Source: Macrostomum hystrix
Lineage: Eukaryota; Animalia; Platyhelminthes
Reading direction: 5' to 3'
Assembly (NCBI GenBank): GCA_950097015.1
Contig: CATNEN010000039.1
Location: 7,254,001 to 7,318,000, forward strand
DNA length: 64,000 bases
In this document: positions 48,981 through 61,502 of the stretch, one piece after another
Numbering within the stretch: the first letter of the stretch is position 1
Layout: every line of letters begins with the position of its first letter
Translations under genes and position numbers: made by a program
The notes under the pieces: generated by a model
Told to the model about the DNA's origin: nothing
What the model saw: the letters and a program-made list of their open reading frames with translations, nothing else
The model's database searches: none

Positions 48981-49563
48981 GCAATGGATGCTTCTGTGCT
49001 TTTTTAATTTATTTTTTATTTAAACATTTTTCATAATGCTCGAAGTACCAATATGTACATTCGGCAAACATAATTAATAATAGCTCAGATAGTCCAACGA
49101 TAGCGACGTGGGAGAGCTACATTACTTGTTTCCTGCCCTATAGGATAACTGAAGAGATTGAATATAATTGGAACTCAATATTTTCCGAATAAAATGTTCA
49201 GCCTGTGGCGCTTACTCAGCTGCTGGTCCAGTGGGTCATACTTACGGTGTGCCAGTAGAAATTGTAGCATAATATGAAGGTTGCACTAAAGTGTGCACCA
49301 GCGGTTGAATCTCTGTGTTTATTCAAGGCTTCAATGCGAAGAGTACATTCGCATTTGGAGCTATACCAACTGAGTAGTTTGAGTTGTTACTGGCTTGTCC
49401 CATGCGACTGATTTGTAGTGTCAATAGAAGCTCACTCTTGGTCCATAAGGTTCGTATGTTTAACTTCTCTATATACCAACATTGGACCAGTCAATAAATG
49501 TCAGGTAAAAATTCTCTCTACTCGACAGAAAAATCTGAGACAGTTTAAACCAAAAAGATAGGA

Positions 49564-51669
49564 ATGAAGATAGGAACTGTTTCTGCGTGTACACCCGAGC
49601 CAATGAGCTGTCTGTTTGACCTGCGGACCTCCGAGCTGCTCACTGCTCGGATGCTTGAAGACGATGTCAGCGGTGTCGTTGGTCTAGTTGAGACAGCAGC
49701 AGGACCTGGATACAGTCTGGACGATTGTCTCAGCTGGCGATTGACTAATGTGGCTTTGTCCGATGACTCAGCTACACCTGAATGCGCTTGCCGGATTCCG
49801 CATCTGAGCATTCTCCTGGGATGCAGGCGAGTTCTGCGGTACCTGGCTCAGATGCACCCGTGTCTTTTGCTGCTGCCTGACGGAAGTGCAGCTGGGTCTA
49901 GTCTGCTGCACTGCATGGCTGCTGCGAGTTGTTCAGGATCTGCCAGCTATCAGGCCTTTCAAAAGGAGGCGTTTGAAATCCTCCGAGAAGCTGTTTTAAA
50001 AGAGATCGATGATCAAGACTCATCAAACAGGTGTGTAGCTCTCATTTTAACCTCTTTGTTCATTTTAGAATCTGTTTTTCACACTGTTTCACTCGTCTGG
50101 AACCCCAGTCCGCAGAGAAGCTTGCTGCACAGACTATGCCTGATGGAAAATGTTCAAGGCCTGAGACCACTCGAGTTCGCCATTCTAATTGGTGCCTATT
50201 CTACTTTCAAATTCATTTTAAACGTTGAGGACTACCTGCTGATCAGCCGAGCCGAATTCGGCATTCGGGTGCGCTCCACATACAATCTGGAGGAGTACCA
50301 CCTTTTCTATGGCCAGCGACGAGACAAGAGTCCACTGGTGATGCTAACGCTGATGTCTTCGGACCAGTCGGAGAGCTATTCAGAGTCTGGCGTGTACGAC
50401 TTGCCTGTCATGAAAAAGTGGATCAAATTGACGAACAAGGACATGCAGGCTACTGTGCTGCTGCGCTTAGTAGCTCTATCGGCGATGGCTTCCTCTTTCA
50501 CGCCCTTCAGCAACCGATTCGACCTAATGGTGGCTATTGTTGCCATCGGGTACCAACTCGAGACTGGGTTTCAGCGCTACGTCAGCCTTTTTCCGAATGC
50601 TACCGCAATTAATCGCATGGACAATGTGACTAGTAGCTCGTTAAATATGACTGATTTAGAAAATTCTGTCCGGACATACTGCTCTCCAGCCTCGCTTATT
50701 AACTACCTGTCCAACAAATCAATTCCGAGCAACACAGCCACTCTGTACATTTCACCGATTTGGAACGAGCCCATCTCTCGAAAGAGTATTGTCGACAACT
50801 GGTCGATCACGCTGTTCATCTTGACCCCAGTGCTAGGCATACAGCTAGCTGTGCTGCTGTTCAATCTAATTCGAGAAGTTCAGTTTAGAAAGCGAGTCAC
50901 CGGCTGGATACCATGGGAACGAACCAGAGAATACCTGGTGCGTACTCGCTATTACCTAGTTGCGTACGCCTTAAGTTTGTGCAGCGGAATCGTTGTCATG
51001 GCCGCTTCGGCGTCGCTTTCGCAGTGCATCGACTGCACGGAGTACGTGCTCGGCCGAAAAGGTCCTAAAAATTTTCAGCTGTCAGCTGTGGCAAATATGT
51101 CAGAGTGCTTTGGCGTGCTCTACATCTTCTTTACTTTATTTAGCATGTTTGAAACCTACGAGTCTGCAAGTCGAAGCATGGCATTCCTGTGCATCTGCTT
51201 TCGCAGATCGGCGTCAAACTTCGTGACCGTTCTGCCGCTTTTCATCCTGTGGACTTACATTGTATTTGGCAGCCTGTTATACATGGCAGATTTTCGTGGA
51301 CAGGAGTTTAGTAGTCCATCCAGCGTGTTTTATTCGCCACTGAGACTGTTACTGAACATGGCTAACCCGTCACAGGACTCGACGACCATGATGCTTCATA
51401 CGCTGTTTATCTTTGTGGTCGTTATCAACATAGAAAACTTCCTAATTGCTATAATATCAAATTCATTCAGCGAGTCGGTGGGCAAGTTTGAAACCATTCA
51501 CAATTTATCGCAGTTGAACTATTCACTGGATACCTGGCGCTTGTACGGCTGGCTAACGCGGTTGTGGAGACATCGACGCGGTACCAGGACTGCACTGAGT
51601 TACCGCTTTGAGATCAGAATCTGGAGCTTAAAGCAGAACGTTTTCCATGAGAGGGGACAGTTTCTTTAA
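49564..51669 (+). CDS. Divergent TRPV-like cation channel (~700 aa)
   Basis: Ankyrin-like SLLHCMA and NVQGLRPLEFAILIG..FKFIL, linker TYNLEEY..SPLVML..PVMKKW, several TM segments, pore helix and S6 NFLIAIISNSF. Possible 78-nt in-frame intron at 50031-50108. Confidence 0.65.
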   Translation: MKIGTVSACTPEPMSCLFDLRTSELLTARMLEDDVSGVVGLVETAAGPGYSLDDCLSWRLTNVALSDDSATPECACRIPHLSILLGCRRVLRYLAQMHPCLLLLPDGSAAGSSLLHCMAAASCSGSASYQAFQKEAFEILREAVLKEIDDQDSSNRCVALILTSLFILESVFHTVSLVWNPSPQRSLLHRLCLMENVQGLRPLEFAILIGAYSTFKFILNVEDYLLISRAEFGIRVRSTYNLEEYHLFYGQRRDKSPLVMLTLMSSDQSESYSESGVYDLPVMKKWIKLTNKDMQATVLLRLVALSAMASSFTPFSNRFDLMVAIVAIGYQLETGFQRYVSLFPNATAINRMDNVTSSSLNMTDLENSVRTYCSPASLINYLSNKSIPSNTATLYISPIWNEPISRKSIVDNWSITLFILTPVLGIQLAVLLFNLIREVQFRKRVTGWIPWERTREYLVRTRYYLVAYALSLCSGIVVMAASASLSQCIDCTEYVLGRKGPKNFQLSAVANMSECFGVLYIFFTLFSMFETYESASRSMAFLCICFRRSASNFVTVLPLFILWTYIVFGSLLYMADFRGQEFSSPSSVFYSPLRLLLNMANPSQDSTTMMLHTLFIFVVVINIENFLIAIISNSFSESVGKFETIHNLSQLNYSLDTWRLYGWLTRLWRHRRGTRTALSYRFEIRIWSLKQNVFHERGQFL

Positions 51670-52049
51670 TAAGAATTAGTCCCTAACATTATAGTGGCTT
51701 ATGTAATGTCGATATTCAAGCAGACGTTATTTCTATATCTGTTATCACTCATGATAAAAACGATTTCACGGTACATAAACAACTCACAAATCATATCGAA
51801 AAGAATTATTTAACACTGTATTAGATTCTGCGAGCCATTGGCCAAAAACTTTGGCTAAGAAAATCAAAGAGCCTACTTGCAACAGAGTAGCGCGAATTTT
51901 CACTCCTAATAATTGTGGAAATGAAATAATTTTCGGCCTATTGTTTTGTTGTGTCTCCCATTATTAATTTAAGCAGTGGTAAGCGTTAAGCCGAAATAAA
52001 GGGCGGCCGATGTTAAGTGTGAGAATTTGGTCAAGTTGCGTCTAAAAGG

Positions 52050-53200
52050 CAAGCCTTGCCGCTTCGAGATCCACTCGAGGTTGACAATCGTTGACTATCA
52101 CTCCGAGAAAGGATAACGACAAGGTCCTCGTTGATAATTGACGCACAGAAGTACTTCGTCAAACGCCAACTTGCGTGGTGCATTGGACCTACACCAGCGA
52201 GAGATTCTGACCTGTCGGACAGACGGAAGTTGCTATCCAGCTCGAAGGCCAGGATCTGCCGCTGCTGGTGGTCGAGCATGACGACGTTGCGCTGCTCTGT
52301 CCCGACTGGCTGACGAAGCTGAAACCGGACTGATCGAAGATCTTTGAGCAAGTCAACGCGGTGACTGGAGAGGCGCACGGCATGTTGGCGCAGTTCCCCG
52401 AGGTCTTCCAAGGCGGCCTGAGCACATATCAGCATGGCGAGGTGAAGCTGCACATGACTTCAGAGGCCAAGCACCGCATTTTCAAGGCCAGGCCGGTTCC
52501 CTACGCGCGCTTGGGGACCGCGTGGACGAGGGGCTGGGGAGAATGAAGGCGGACGGCATCACCACGCCTGTCAAATACTCGGACTGGGCTGCGCCGATCG
52601 TGCCGATGAAGAACAACACGGTACGTGTATGCGGCGACTAAAAACTGACGTACAACAGCAAAGCCAGGGCTGAGCTGTACCCGATGCCGTGCATCGAGGA
52701 CCTGTTCGCCAAGCTGGGCGGCGGCTGCAAGTGGTCCTAGATGAGCATGCTAACTGCCTTCCTGCAGCTGCCGTTTTTGTCTCGGCGCATAAGACCTTCT
52801 GAACCATCAACAAGCAGCGAGGCTTGTACCTGCCACATGCCATTCGGCATCGATTGCGCCGTGTTCAAGCGCACGCTCGACTCGCTGCTCGGAGACCTGG
52901 AATCGGTACAAGTATTCGTCGACGACATTCTGGTGTCAGGCAAGATCGGGAGAATTTGGTCGAGGCCCTGCAACGCCTTCAGAAGGCTGGTCTGCGGCTA
53001 CGACGTCAAGCTCGCGATTGCGACTCAAGTACGATGCCAGTCCCTTCAGTCTCGGTGTGGTGCTGATGCATCGATTCGACGCAGCAGCACGGAGTTATCG
53101 CCTTCGCCAGCCTGCCGAAGCCTGACCACGGCTCAAAACTCGCAGCTGGACTAGAAGTCCACAAGCCGCTCTTGGGACTTCAAGGCGAGTGCAAAGGCAT
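52050..53200 (+). pseudogene. Decayed Gypsy-type LTR retrotransposon pol (RT region)
   Basis: QFPEVF..FKARPVPYA, SDWAAPIVP, VRVCGD*, YPMPCIEDLFAKLGGG, MPFGI and FVDDILVSG, broken by stops and frameshifts. Confidence 0.85.
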
Positions 53201-54064
53201 CCGGTAGTTGCATGGCAGGCAGCCCACATGCAGTCCTGGGGCAATCCGCTTCTGTCTGCAGACCGGCTGTTGGCATAGCGAGCTGTGTGCAGAACTTACC
53301 AAACTGAGGGTAGCTAATACTAATGTGAGCTATCCGGTGTAATTTGCATTTTTGATTTCTCATTTATTGTCAAAATTGGTTCAATCGTAAGCTAAGACAA
53401 AAAATAGCTAATTTCTTAGATGCTCTATTCAATGTTGCTGCGAAATACGAGTTAAAATATGATTTTGTGTCATATGATTCCCTATAATTTCATTAATAAT
53501 AATATTAGGACGCACACAAGCTTAAAGTTTCGACTTCAGAAATGAAAAAAACAAGCCGATTCAATGTGAAGAAGTGCACGCTTGATTCACCTGCTTGATA
53601 GAGCGTCAGGTCATAATTATCATAACCATTCATAATTACAGATGCATACTTCATTGGACAGCAATCCTAAAGAGTTACTTAGTCATACGGTTGCTTGCGC
53701 GTATGAAATTTAATGTCATCTAAGACCTTGACTATATTCAGCATGTGGCTGATAATGCTAAAGAAAAGGACTATAAGGCTCTGTGCGTCAAGCCACAAAA
53801 CAAGTTAAATCTTACTTTGCAGCTTATCAGTAACTTCAGAGACCGAACTCCAGAAGGCATTTGGGTCTTGCGGACTCATTTCTTGTGAGCTTAAGAACAA
53901 TATTTATCTAATCGAAAGCGCATGATAATACCAATGACGTCTTGGCGAAACGACCAACAATATCAACTGTACGCTCGTTGTAAGTTTTATAAGGCTACAA
54001 GACTATGCTACCAAATATTGCAAGAGTACTCAACAAGTGAAAATCCAAGTCCTCAGATTGCAGC

Positions 54065-55361
54065 ATGCAAAAACTGGTCCTGCTGGCCTGTCTCGTGGTC
54101 GCCGCTGCGGCCGAGCATCGCTTCTACTGCAGCCCCGACTCGCCGACCACAGTCAGCTCGTCTCTCACGGACTTCTACCTGACAACCAGACGCCCGAACG
54201 AGGCCGCCTACTCGTCCGGTCTCAGCTGTGAGTTCAACGCCGAGTCGCCGAACCGCGCATTCTTTGTCGAGGTGCAGTCGTTCAAGGTGAGCTCGGCAGT
54301 GTTCACCATCAGCTCAGGAGATCAGGTGCTGTTCTCGGGCTCGAGCATTCGAGACTTCCAGAGCAGCATCATGACGCCGTCGAAGTTCTTGAAAGTTCGC
54401 TTCGACGCCACTGGCGATCAATCGAACAGCGAGGGGGTCACTATTCGAGTCCGAGCATTGGATCTGAATGGCTGTCCGCCAGGTTGGACGTACCTGTACC
54501 AGTTTAACACCTGCTACGGAACAGGCAGTGTAACGTATTACAACTATTTCGATGCTCAGAACGCATGCAACAGCATGCGGTCAAATCTGCTGCATGTACC
54601 TCTTTCGTATTCCAATGATATCAAATCGTTCATGCGGATGCTGCCGAGTAGTCTGAGGTCGTACTACACGTGGATCGGACTGACAGATCGATCAAGTAGA
54701 TTCCAACACTACTGGCTGGATGGCACTCGTCAGTTCTGGTGAGTTATTTGCTGTAAAGTCGCCAGTGAGTTTTTGTGACGACACATTGTTTCGACTTTCT
54801 TATTAAGTTAAACAGTGGTTTCCTGAATCTTTATTCTTCAGGACCTCTGAGATAAGTTGCAACTCTGACGGCGCATCAAGCACTTGCTACTCGTACGAAC
54901 GCTGTGCAACATTCAACGATAGGAAAAATTTGTATGCTATTTACATGGACGATTGCGACGACAGGAACAAGTACGCCTGCTCTGCGCCCCCAGGTGGCAC
55001 CAGCAACTTCTACCGCGTGCCTAACACACCCTACGGGCCTAGCGTGACGACCAGTTCCAGTATCTGGACTTCGGTCATCGTCGGCGTCTCTCTGTTCGTA
55101 TTCGGTCTCATGATTGTCGGGATTTACACGGCTATTAATCATCGACGCGTCCAGGCTAGGCGCATGAATCAGGGCCCCGCGTCCGTCGTGGTGTCCAGCG
55201 CCCAAGTGACCATCGCGCCACCCGGCAGTTACCCAGCCCAGCCGAGGTACCCGGCGCCGCAGCTGTACCCCACGGGAGCGCCGAGCTCACAGTTCTCAGC
55301 CGCGCCGCCCTCCTACAGCGCAGTGATGGCTGGGCAGGCGAACCCTGGTTTCGACAAGTGA
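54065..55361 (+). CDS. Type I membrane protein: signal, CUB-like, C-type lectin, TM, Pro/Tyr-rich tail; exons 54065-54738 and 54842-55361
   Basis: CUB-like YSSGLSCEF..FLKVRF..EGVTI; CTLD CPPGW..TCY..DAQNAC..WIGLTD..C..MDDC..YAC; TM IWTSVIVGVSLFVFGLMIVGIY; tail APPSY. Phase-2 GT-AG intron joins in frame. Confidence 0.85.
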
Positions 55362-55887
55362 ATGACACTTGAAAATCCTTAACATGAAGACTTCGATGAT
55401 TCAGAATAACGATTAAGAGTATATGAATGTAAATTATTATGAATGTAAATAACAATGGACGCTCGGAAAATAAATAAGATAAAGTAATTTCAAGTTAACC
55501 GATGAAACGGTGTTAGTGCCTAGCGTGCTTTATGTGATACGAGTACATTAATTTGCTCCCTCCCCCTGGTTGGCGGGAACTGTTTTAAGTTCCGTCGTGG
55601 TCTTACTTAGTCCGACCTGCTGTGTGACTGTTAAAACTTCTTTTTTAAATGTTTGATTTGCTCGTTTTTTACGTTCTAATTCCATTAAATTGCTGAGCAT
55701 CGACCTTTGTCGAATGGTAGGAGGTTGTCGTTGCTGTGCAAATTGTTGTCTGAAGACTGAGAACTGATAATTAACTTTCTCTTTCAGATAGTTTGAGGAT
55801 ATCAATAAATCTTCCAAACATATATATATACTCGTATATGTATGTATTCATGAGCTCTCTATTGAACTTATCATGTAAAGATGCTAG

Positions 55888-56348
55888 TTGCCGTCATATA
55901 AGTTCGATACCCATTGGAGACAAAGGACACAGAACTCAAGCAAGCTAAGTCACTTCTTTTACTCTTTTAAGCAATATTATTCAGCCGAAAAATATTTACA
56001 ACAAATATGCAAACCGGGTTTGAGACGTACCAAATCTTCGTTTAGACTAGGAAACCATAAGCTAGCTTGCGAAACATTGGGAACTGCGAGACCAAAAATT
56101 CCGTATGAGAATAGATTATGCAGTAAGTGCAAAACGAGGTCCACTTCCTACTTAAGTGCAGTTGGAATATGTATAGCGCCGCACGTTCGAATTTCGAAAA
56201 GAACATTTCTGGGAAAACTCCTAATTTCGCATCCTTAACAGCAGAAGAGAAATCTAACTACATGATGGCACAAGACGATAGGGAAACCACTGAAGCTTTA
56301 GCAAAGTACATCATAGATATCTCTAAAATAAGGGAACAGCTGCCCTGA
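55888..56348 (+). mobile_element. LINE ORF2 3'-end fragment
   Basis: EKYL..FRLGNHKLACET..ENRLCSKC../NEVHFLLKC, a C-terminal Cys/His motif typical of LINE ORF2, frameshifted. Confidence 0.7.
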
Positions 56349-56570
56349 AGCTATTAACATTTACCGATATACATTTATTTTTTATTCCTGGCGTCACTTG
56401 TGTTTTTTGCTGCTCCTATTTTTAACACCTTTTGCTCTTTCCTTCCCAGCTCAATAGTTAATTCTTACAAAACTTCGCCTTTTATGTTCTTTTTTGTCGA
56501 GTAAAATATTGTCAAAAATAAAAAAATTATAATCAGCACTGATTGATCGCGTTCGCGTTTGATTAATAAT

Positions 56571-56604
<34 letters not shown>

Positions 56605-56985
56605 CGTATATTTATAGGTTTATTGTGCGGATTTTTAGTTATAATTAAGTGAAACGAATTTCGTTTGTCATTTGGATAATGCGAAGCTAACTGATCTGAT
56701 TCGTCAAAAGCTACTCAGTTCGAATAATTGTAAGACTAAACTTACTGTCCATGTACTCGCAGCTTTATGCATGTTCGCCAGCTAAGCATTTAGAAACCAT
56801 ATACGAAGTATAGCTAGGTTGAACTCCCAAAATAACGGTTGCTTACATTTGCAGCTGTGAATCAACACTAAAGTAGGATTTGTATGTGTCTATCAATCGA
56901 TATCGAAATATGAAGACAGAGGTCAGTTATATTGGCGCAGAGCAGAGAGGAACGTCGTCATTGGTTCCGCCCAGGTTGCGCACTG

Positions 56986-59281
56986 CTACCAGAAGACGCA
57001 TTTCTTGTTCGGGTTCATGCTCTGCTTCGGCTTGCACTGAAACACTCTAGAAAAGTCCTCGCTATTCTCAATCATGCCTCTAATCCGAATATGTGGAGGG
57101 CTGTGCCTGGACCACAAAAACTTATCCATCAAAACCTCAGGCTCCACTTTGGAGCAGTAAGCCTGTACGGCGTGAATGAAAAACAGTCGATCCGTTGTAA
57201 GGCTGTCTGGCAGGTTGGGAAGTCGCACGGCTTTGCGGCTGCGATCTGATGACTGTTTCTGAAGCTGCAGCGCTCTGAACGCAGCCTGGATGCCCATCAG
57301 GTCGGAGATGTCGTTTCCGCGGGTCATTCTTGATTTATGCAGTCGGCCAGGTAAGAATTCATACTTGCCGTATCGAGTTGTCACGCACTCCATTCGCTCG
57401 AGGTAGCCAGCCTCCGTAATGTTATCCCAGAAGTGGCCACGAACGCCCTGCTTGTTCAGCTCGTGGCCAACATCGTCAAAGCCGTGTCCAATTTCGTGAC
57501 CAATTACAATGCCGATGCCGGCGAGATTCACATAGTCAGGAAAGCTCCTGTGGTAGAGGAAGGGCGTGAGAATTCCCATCGGAAATATTATCTGGTTTTT
57601 GCGGTTCTCGCTGAATGCGTTCACAAGTAGCCCACTAAACCGAGGAAAAAACGACGCTGATGTTTCGCCAGACAGCAGATTGTTCTGGTGTCCGGCGGAG
57701 GCACACAAAGCGAGAGAGAAGAGTGTACCAAATTTTGCTTTTGATTTTCCTCTCGCTTCCAGCGAGCGAATGGTCGACGCGTAGAATGCTTTCAATTGCT
57801 CAGCCGACACGATGTCGAATCCGATTTGTTGTTTCATTGTCATTATCTTCTCAGAGATGGCGCCCTTAGCACTCTGTGTGATCCAATCCTGTCTCAGCAC
57901 ATTCTGGATTGTCGCATCCTGAATAAGTTCAACTAGTCGGCGTACGTTACCAAAGTACTCAGCGTGATAGGCTTTCTGGTACATTTGCTCAACAACTGGC
58001 GGTAGTAACGCTTTTGTCAATAAAATACAAGAATCGATGGGGTCATTTTCCAGCTCAGGCACTCTGGTAAGCTCCCTGTGGTGACGCAGCCACTGAATAC
58101 GCAAGTCGGCCGGAAGATATTTATAAAAAACTAAGCATCCAGTTTACCAAGAGGAAAGAGTAATGCGCCGCAGAAAATCGAACATCAGATCCCATTCTGT
58201 GCGCACGACGCTTGAAGAAGGATGCAAAGCGGATAACAGCGTCTGCGTAGGTAAGAGTCTTCATCCGACCCGACCGGATTTGAATAGGCGTGTCCTGACT
58301 GACCTTTCCGTCGAGAACACCGCCAAAGAACAATGTCCACGAGAATGGATCCTGTGGATCCGCGCACCTGCTGAAAGCATCCAACTGGCGGATAGTCAGG
58401 TCCATACTGTTGGATCCCAGAAGCTCGACAACAACGCTGCAGTTTGGCCTCTGTCGCAGCTCTGCCTCGGATAGGTTATCTTCTATTGTCATATTGGTCT
58501 TTAGCTCCTGAACGATGACAGCAAACAGCGTAGAGTTGGAAAGGTCAAGTCTTGATGCAGCCGGTAGCGTCAAGAAGAAGTTTGTAAAGGCCGAGTAATT
58601 CGTCGCATTTGAATAATAATCCGGACTAAGGCTCAGACGAACTCTACTGGAGTTTGTATTAGACGAACTGAAATTGGCTTTCTGGGACCTAGGGCGCAGA
58701 ATAAACGTATGATCGATCACCGGCCCAACTTCAACAAGAGGCCAAACAGCAAGCCGGACCATTCTAGAAAGTGCCGATTCGAATGTACCGTTGCCATCCG
58801 TGTTGATGTTATTGGTGCGGATATCATCTAACAGGTGCTCAAGAACTGCTGTCCGCGCTGCCAAACCCAGCTGCTACAGCTGCGGAACAGGTCCCTGGCG
58901 AGGCGGTACATCCTGTTAACGCCAGGTTCCGAGTTGTTGACGCTTCGCTGAGCATACATGAGCAGCTCAAACACACGCTTGTACAGGTGTCTGCGGACCG
59001 TATTCACGCCGGACTCCATCACGGATGGCTCGTAGGAATATTTTGACCACGTCACGGAGCCAGGGTCGTACAAAGTGCTGGGCTCATAATTTCCACAGGC
59101 GTAGGCGCTGAAGTCTTCGCATGGATCAGCCGAGAGGTTCATGTTTTGCGTGATCTGCGCAGACAGAGCCAGGCACTCCGGTGTGCGGCAGATGTCCGCG
59201 CTGGTCACTGAGGTGTCTTCGGCTACAGTGGTCGCCACAGACAATCAGAATGAACAGTAGGGCCTTCAGCAGCGTAGCCAT
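56986..59281 (-). pseudogene. Neprilysin-like (M13) peptidase, intronless, with three apparent frameshifts
   Basis: CRTPECL..MNLSADPCEDFSAYACG, VNAF, NQIIFPMGIL, GHEIGHGFD, HSP and CVFW. Frame breaks at ~59245, ~58865 and ~58125. Confidence 0.75.
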
Positions 59282-59489
59282 CTGAGTGCACACGTCAAAA
59301 TAAGAATGTTACGCTTAAAATATATAATATTTTTACAACGGCCTCTTGACGCATGAACTACGACAGTGAAGACGCTGACCACTGCGCACACACAAGCACA
59401 CGGATTCAATAGTGGAAAAATTCTCACAAACGTTCTTAATAACTTGTGCATTGACCATAGTAAGAATATAATTAATATTTGCAAGACGG

Positions 59490-59710
59490 ATGTGAACGCT
59501 CACATGGACACTGACACACACACGGGGTGCATATTACTTTTTGATCGTCAGGCAGTGTGCACTCTCACAGAAACTTAAGGATTGGCCCTCATTGTTGTTA
59601 ATTACACGACAAACCATCAAGCCTTGTCTACGCGTCTGCACCCCAAATGAATGTGGAAGGGACCTTGGTGCGAGAGGCAGACGCGTTAGACCACTGTGCC
59701 AGTCACCCCT
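59490..59710 (-). mobile_element. SINE family B degraded copy
   Basis: ATCGTCAGGCAGTGTGCACTCTCAC..GGGACCTTGGTGCGAGAGGCAGACGCGTTA..TGCCAGTCACCCCT. Confidence 0.7.
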
Positions 59711-60289
59711 AGAAACGTATGCACAAATCCCCGGAATTTTTCCTCTTCAGCAGAGTACACGATATGTATATGTAATGAGACCAACCTTCGCAGCCGTCTT
59801 CTGCGGATTCGAACTCAAGGACATTTTTTGCGACAGACGGACCATACAGCACCCACCCCCCACCTTGAGAACCCATTGACTTTAAGAACAGCAGTTTGAT
59901 GACAAAATAGTGGTGTACTTACTGTTTTTTCAAGCTGAAGTCAAAGCGCTTAAAATATTTCCTCACAATCGTCGCTTTGAAGTGAAATATATTTGCTAGC
60001 ATGAGAAGAGACCGTGTTTAAAAGCAATCCAGGCCCCTTGGATTCAAGATGCGATCGCTTGGCAGCATCGAATTAAAAGTCATTAAAACACGACGAAGCG
60101 TGTTTTTAACGAAAAATTCGATATAACGTCTATGTTCAATGGCAATGCATTCATCGTGCATCTAACGCCAGTAGCGTGTGATTAATGCAATAAACGCACG
60201 CTGAAACAGGAACTGAAACAGATATATTTAATTACGAACTCAACAGGGATATTAGTATCAAGCAGTAAACATGCAGTCTATTAATATTG

Positions 60290-61500
60290 TCAGCTCACGC
60301 GTAGTTCGATCTGGTTTAGTGATTGAAAACGCAGTTGTGCAATGTACCGTGTATGTTTGTCGATCACTGTAGGCCTGCCATTGCCGGTAGTGTTGGTTAG
60401 CATCGTTGCGGTGGCGGTATCAGTTGTTCCACGAGTGTTCAGAGTCTGGCTCATCACTGTCGATGAATCGACCATCACAACCCGTTGATCTTGCTTGGGC
60501 AGTTCAACAGTTGTGTCAACAAGCTCTTGGTATATAGGAGTCGAGTCACTACCACGATGCAGTGCACGTGCCAGGCTATCGGACATGCCCCGCATATCCG
60601 CATCCCGTAGCGAACCAAATCTCAAATACCGTTCAAATACCGTCCGCGTCTGTTTGTGTCCAGTCACCTTACAGATATCGGAGACGCTATAGCCGGCATC
60701 AACCAACTCTTTCACAACAGTAGAGCGAATGCAGTGATTGGTATACTATTTTGTCAAAGTCGCCTTCGTTGAAATGATCGCCATCATTTGTCCTAGCGTG
60801 TTGACGCCCTCAGGCTTGTTGGGATAGTACCACGCTCCATTCTTCCAGCCGGTCAGTTAAGGTTATAGCCAGAATGCATGCTTTCGCGTATTACCAGAGC
60901 TGTCACCAGGAATGGACTCACGACGCTCCGTAAGATAAAGATAAAGATAAGATAAAGCTTGAGTGCTTCGACGGGGCGACGACTCTTATCTAGCAACGAA
61001 TTCATTACAGCTTCCTTGACGTCCTCACAAGACATTCGCGACAAATCGTTTCCAACATTCTTAGTCTTTCAAATTATAAAGGCGACAACTTCTCATCCAT
61101 CAGAGTCTGTCTTCTGTCTTGTGTTCTGTCAGAACACAAGTGAGTCCGCGTCCATTGAACAGAACCATTCCCGCCCTCGGTTGCCGAAGTAATAGACAAT
61201 GCTATAGAACACCTCATGCTATAAGGCAGTCGGGGACTTCCGATCGAAATATTCCGATAGGCGTTGGAAATCCTCGGTTTCCATCGCTTGGTAGTGCTGG
61301 ACTTTACCGCCTCTAGCAATGAAGATGCGACCCAATAACTTCAGCGTTTCATTTGAGTGGTGGAATTCGCCGCCATTTAGGATGTTCAGTTTTCTGGTTT
61401 TGATGAAATGGCGTGATAGTGCAGCGCGAATGCACACTAGAGTAGCCGGAGCATAGTATTCTCCGTCCCTTCCGACGCAGCGTACCGTAAAAGTACCGTA
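60290..61500 (-). mobile_element. Decayed Crypton-like tyrosine-recombinase element (DUF3504/KCTD1-ZMYM-related)
   Basis: RDGEYYAPATLVCIRAALSRH..GEFHHSN; WYY..P.GVNTLGQM; YTNHCIRST (HxxR); ICKVTGHK..FERY. Contains frameshifts and stops. Confidence 0.75.
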
Positions 61501-61502
61501 GC

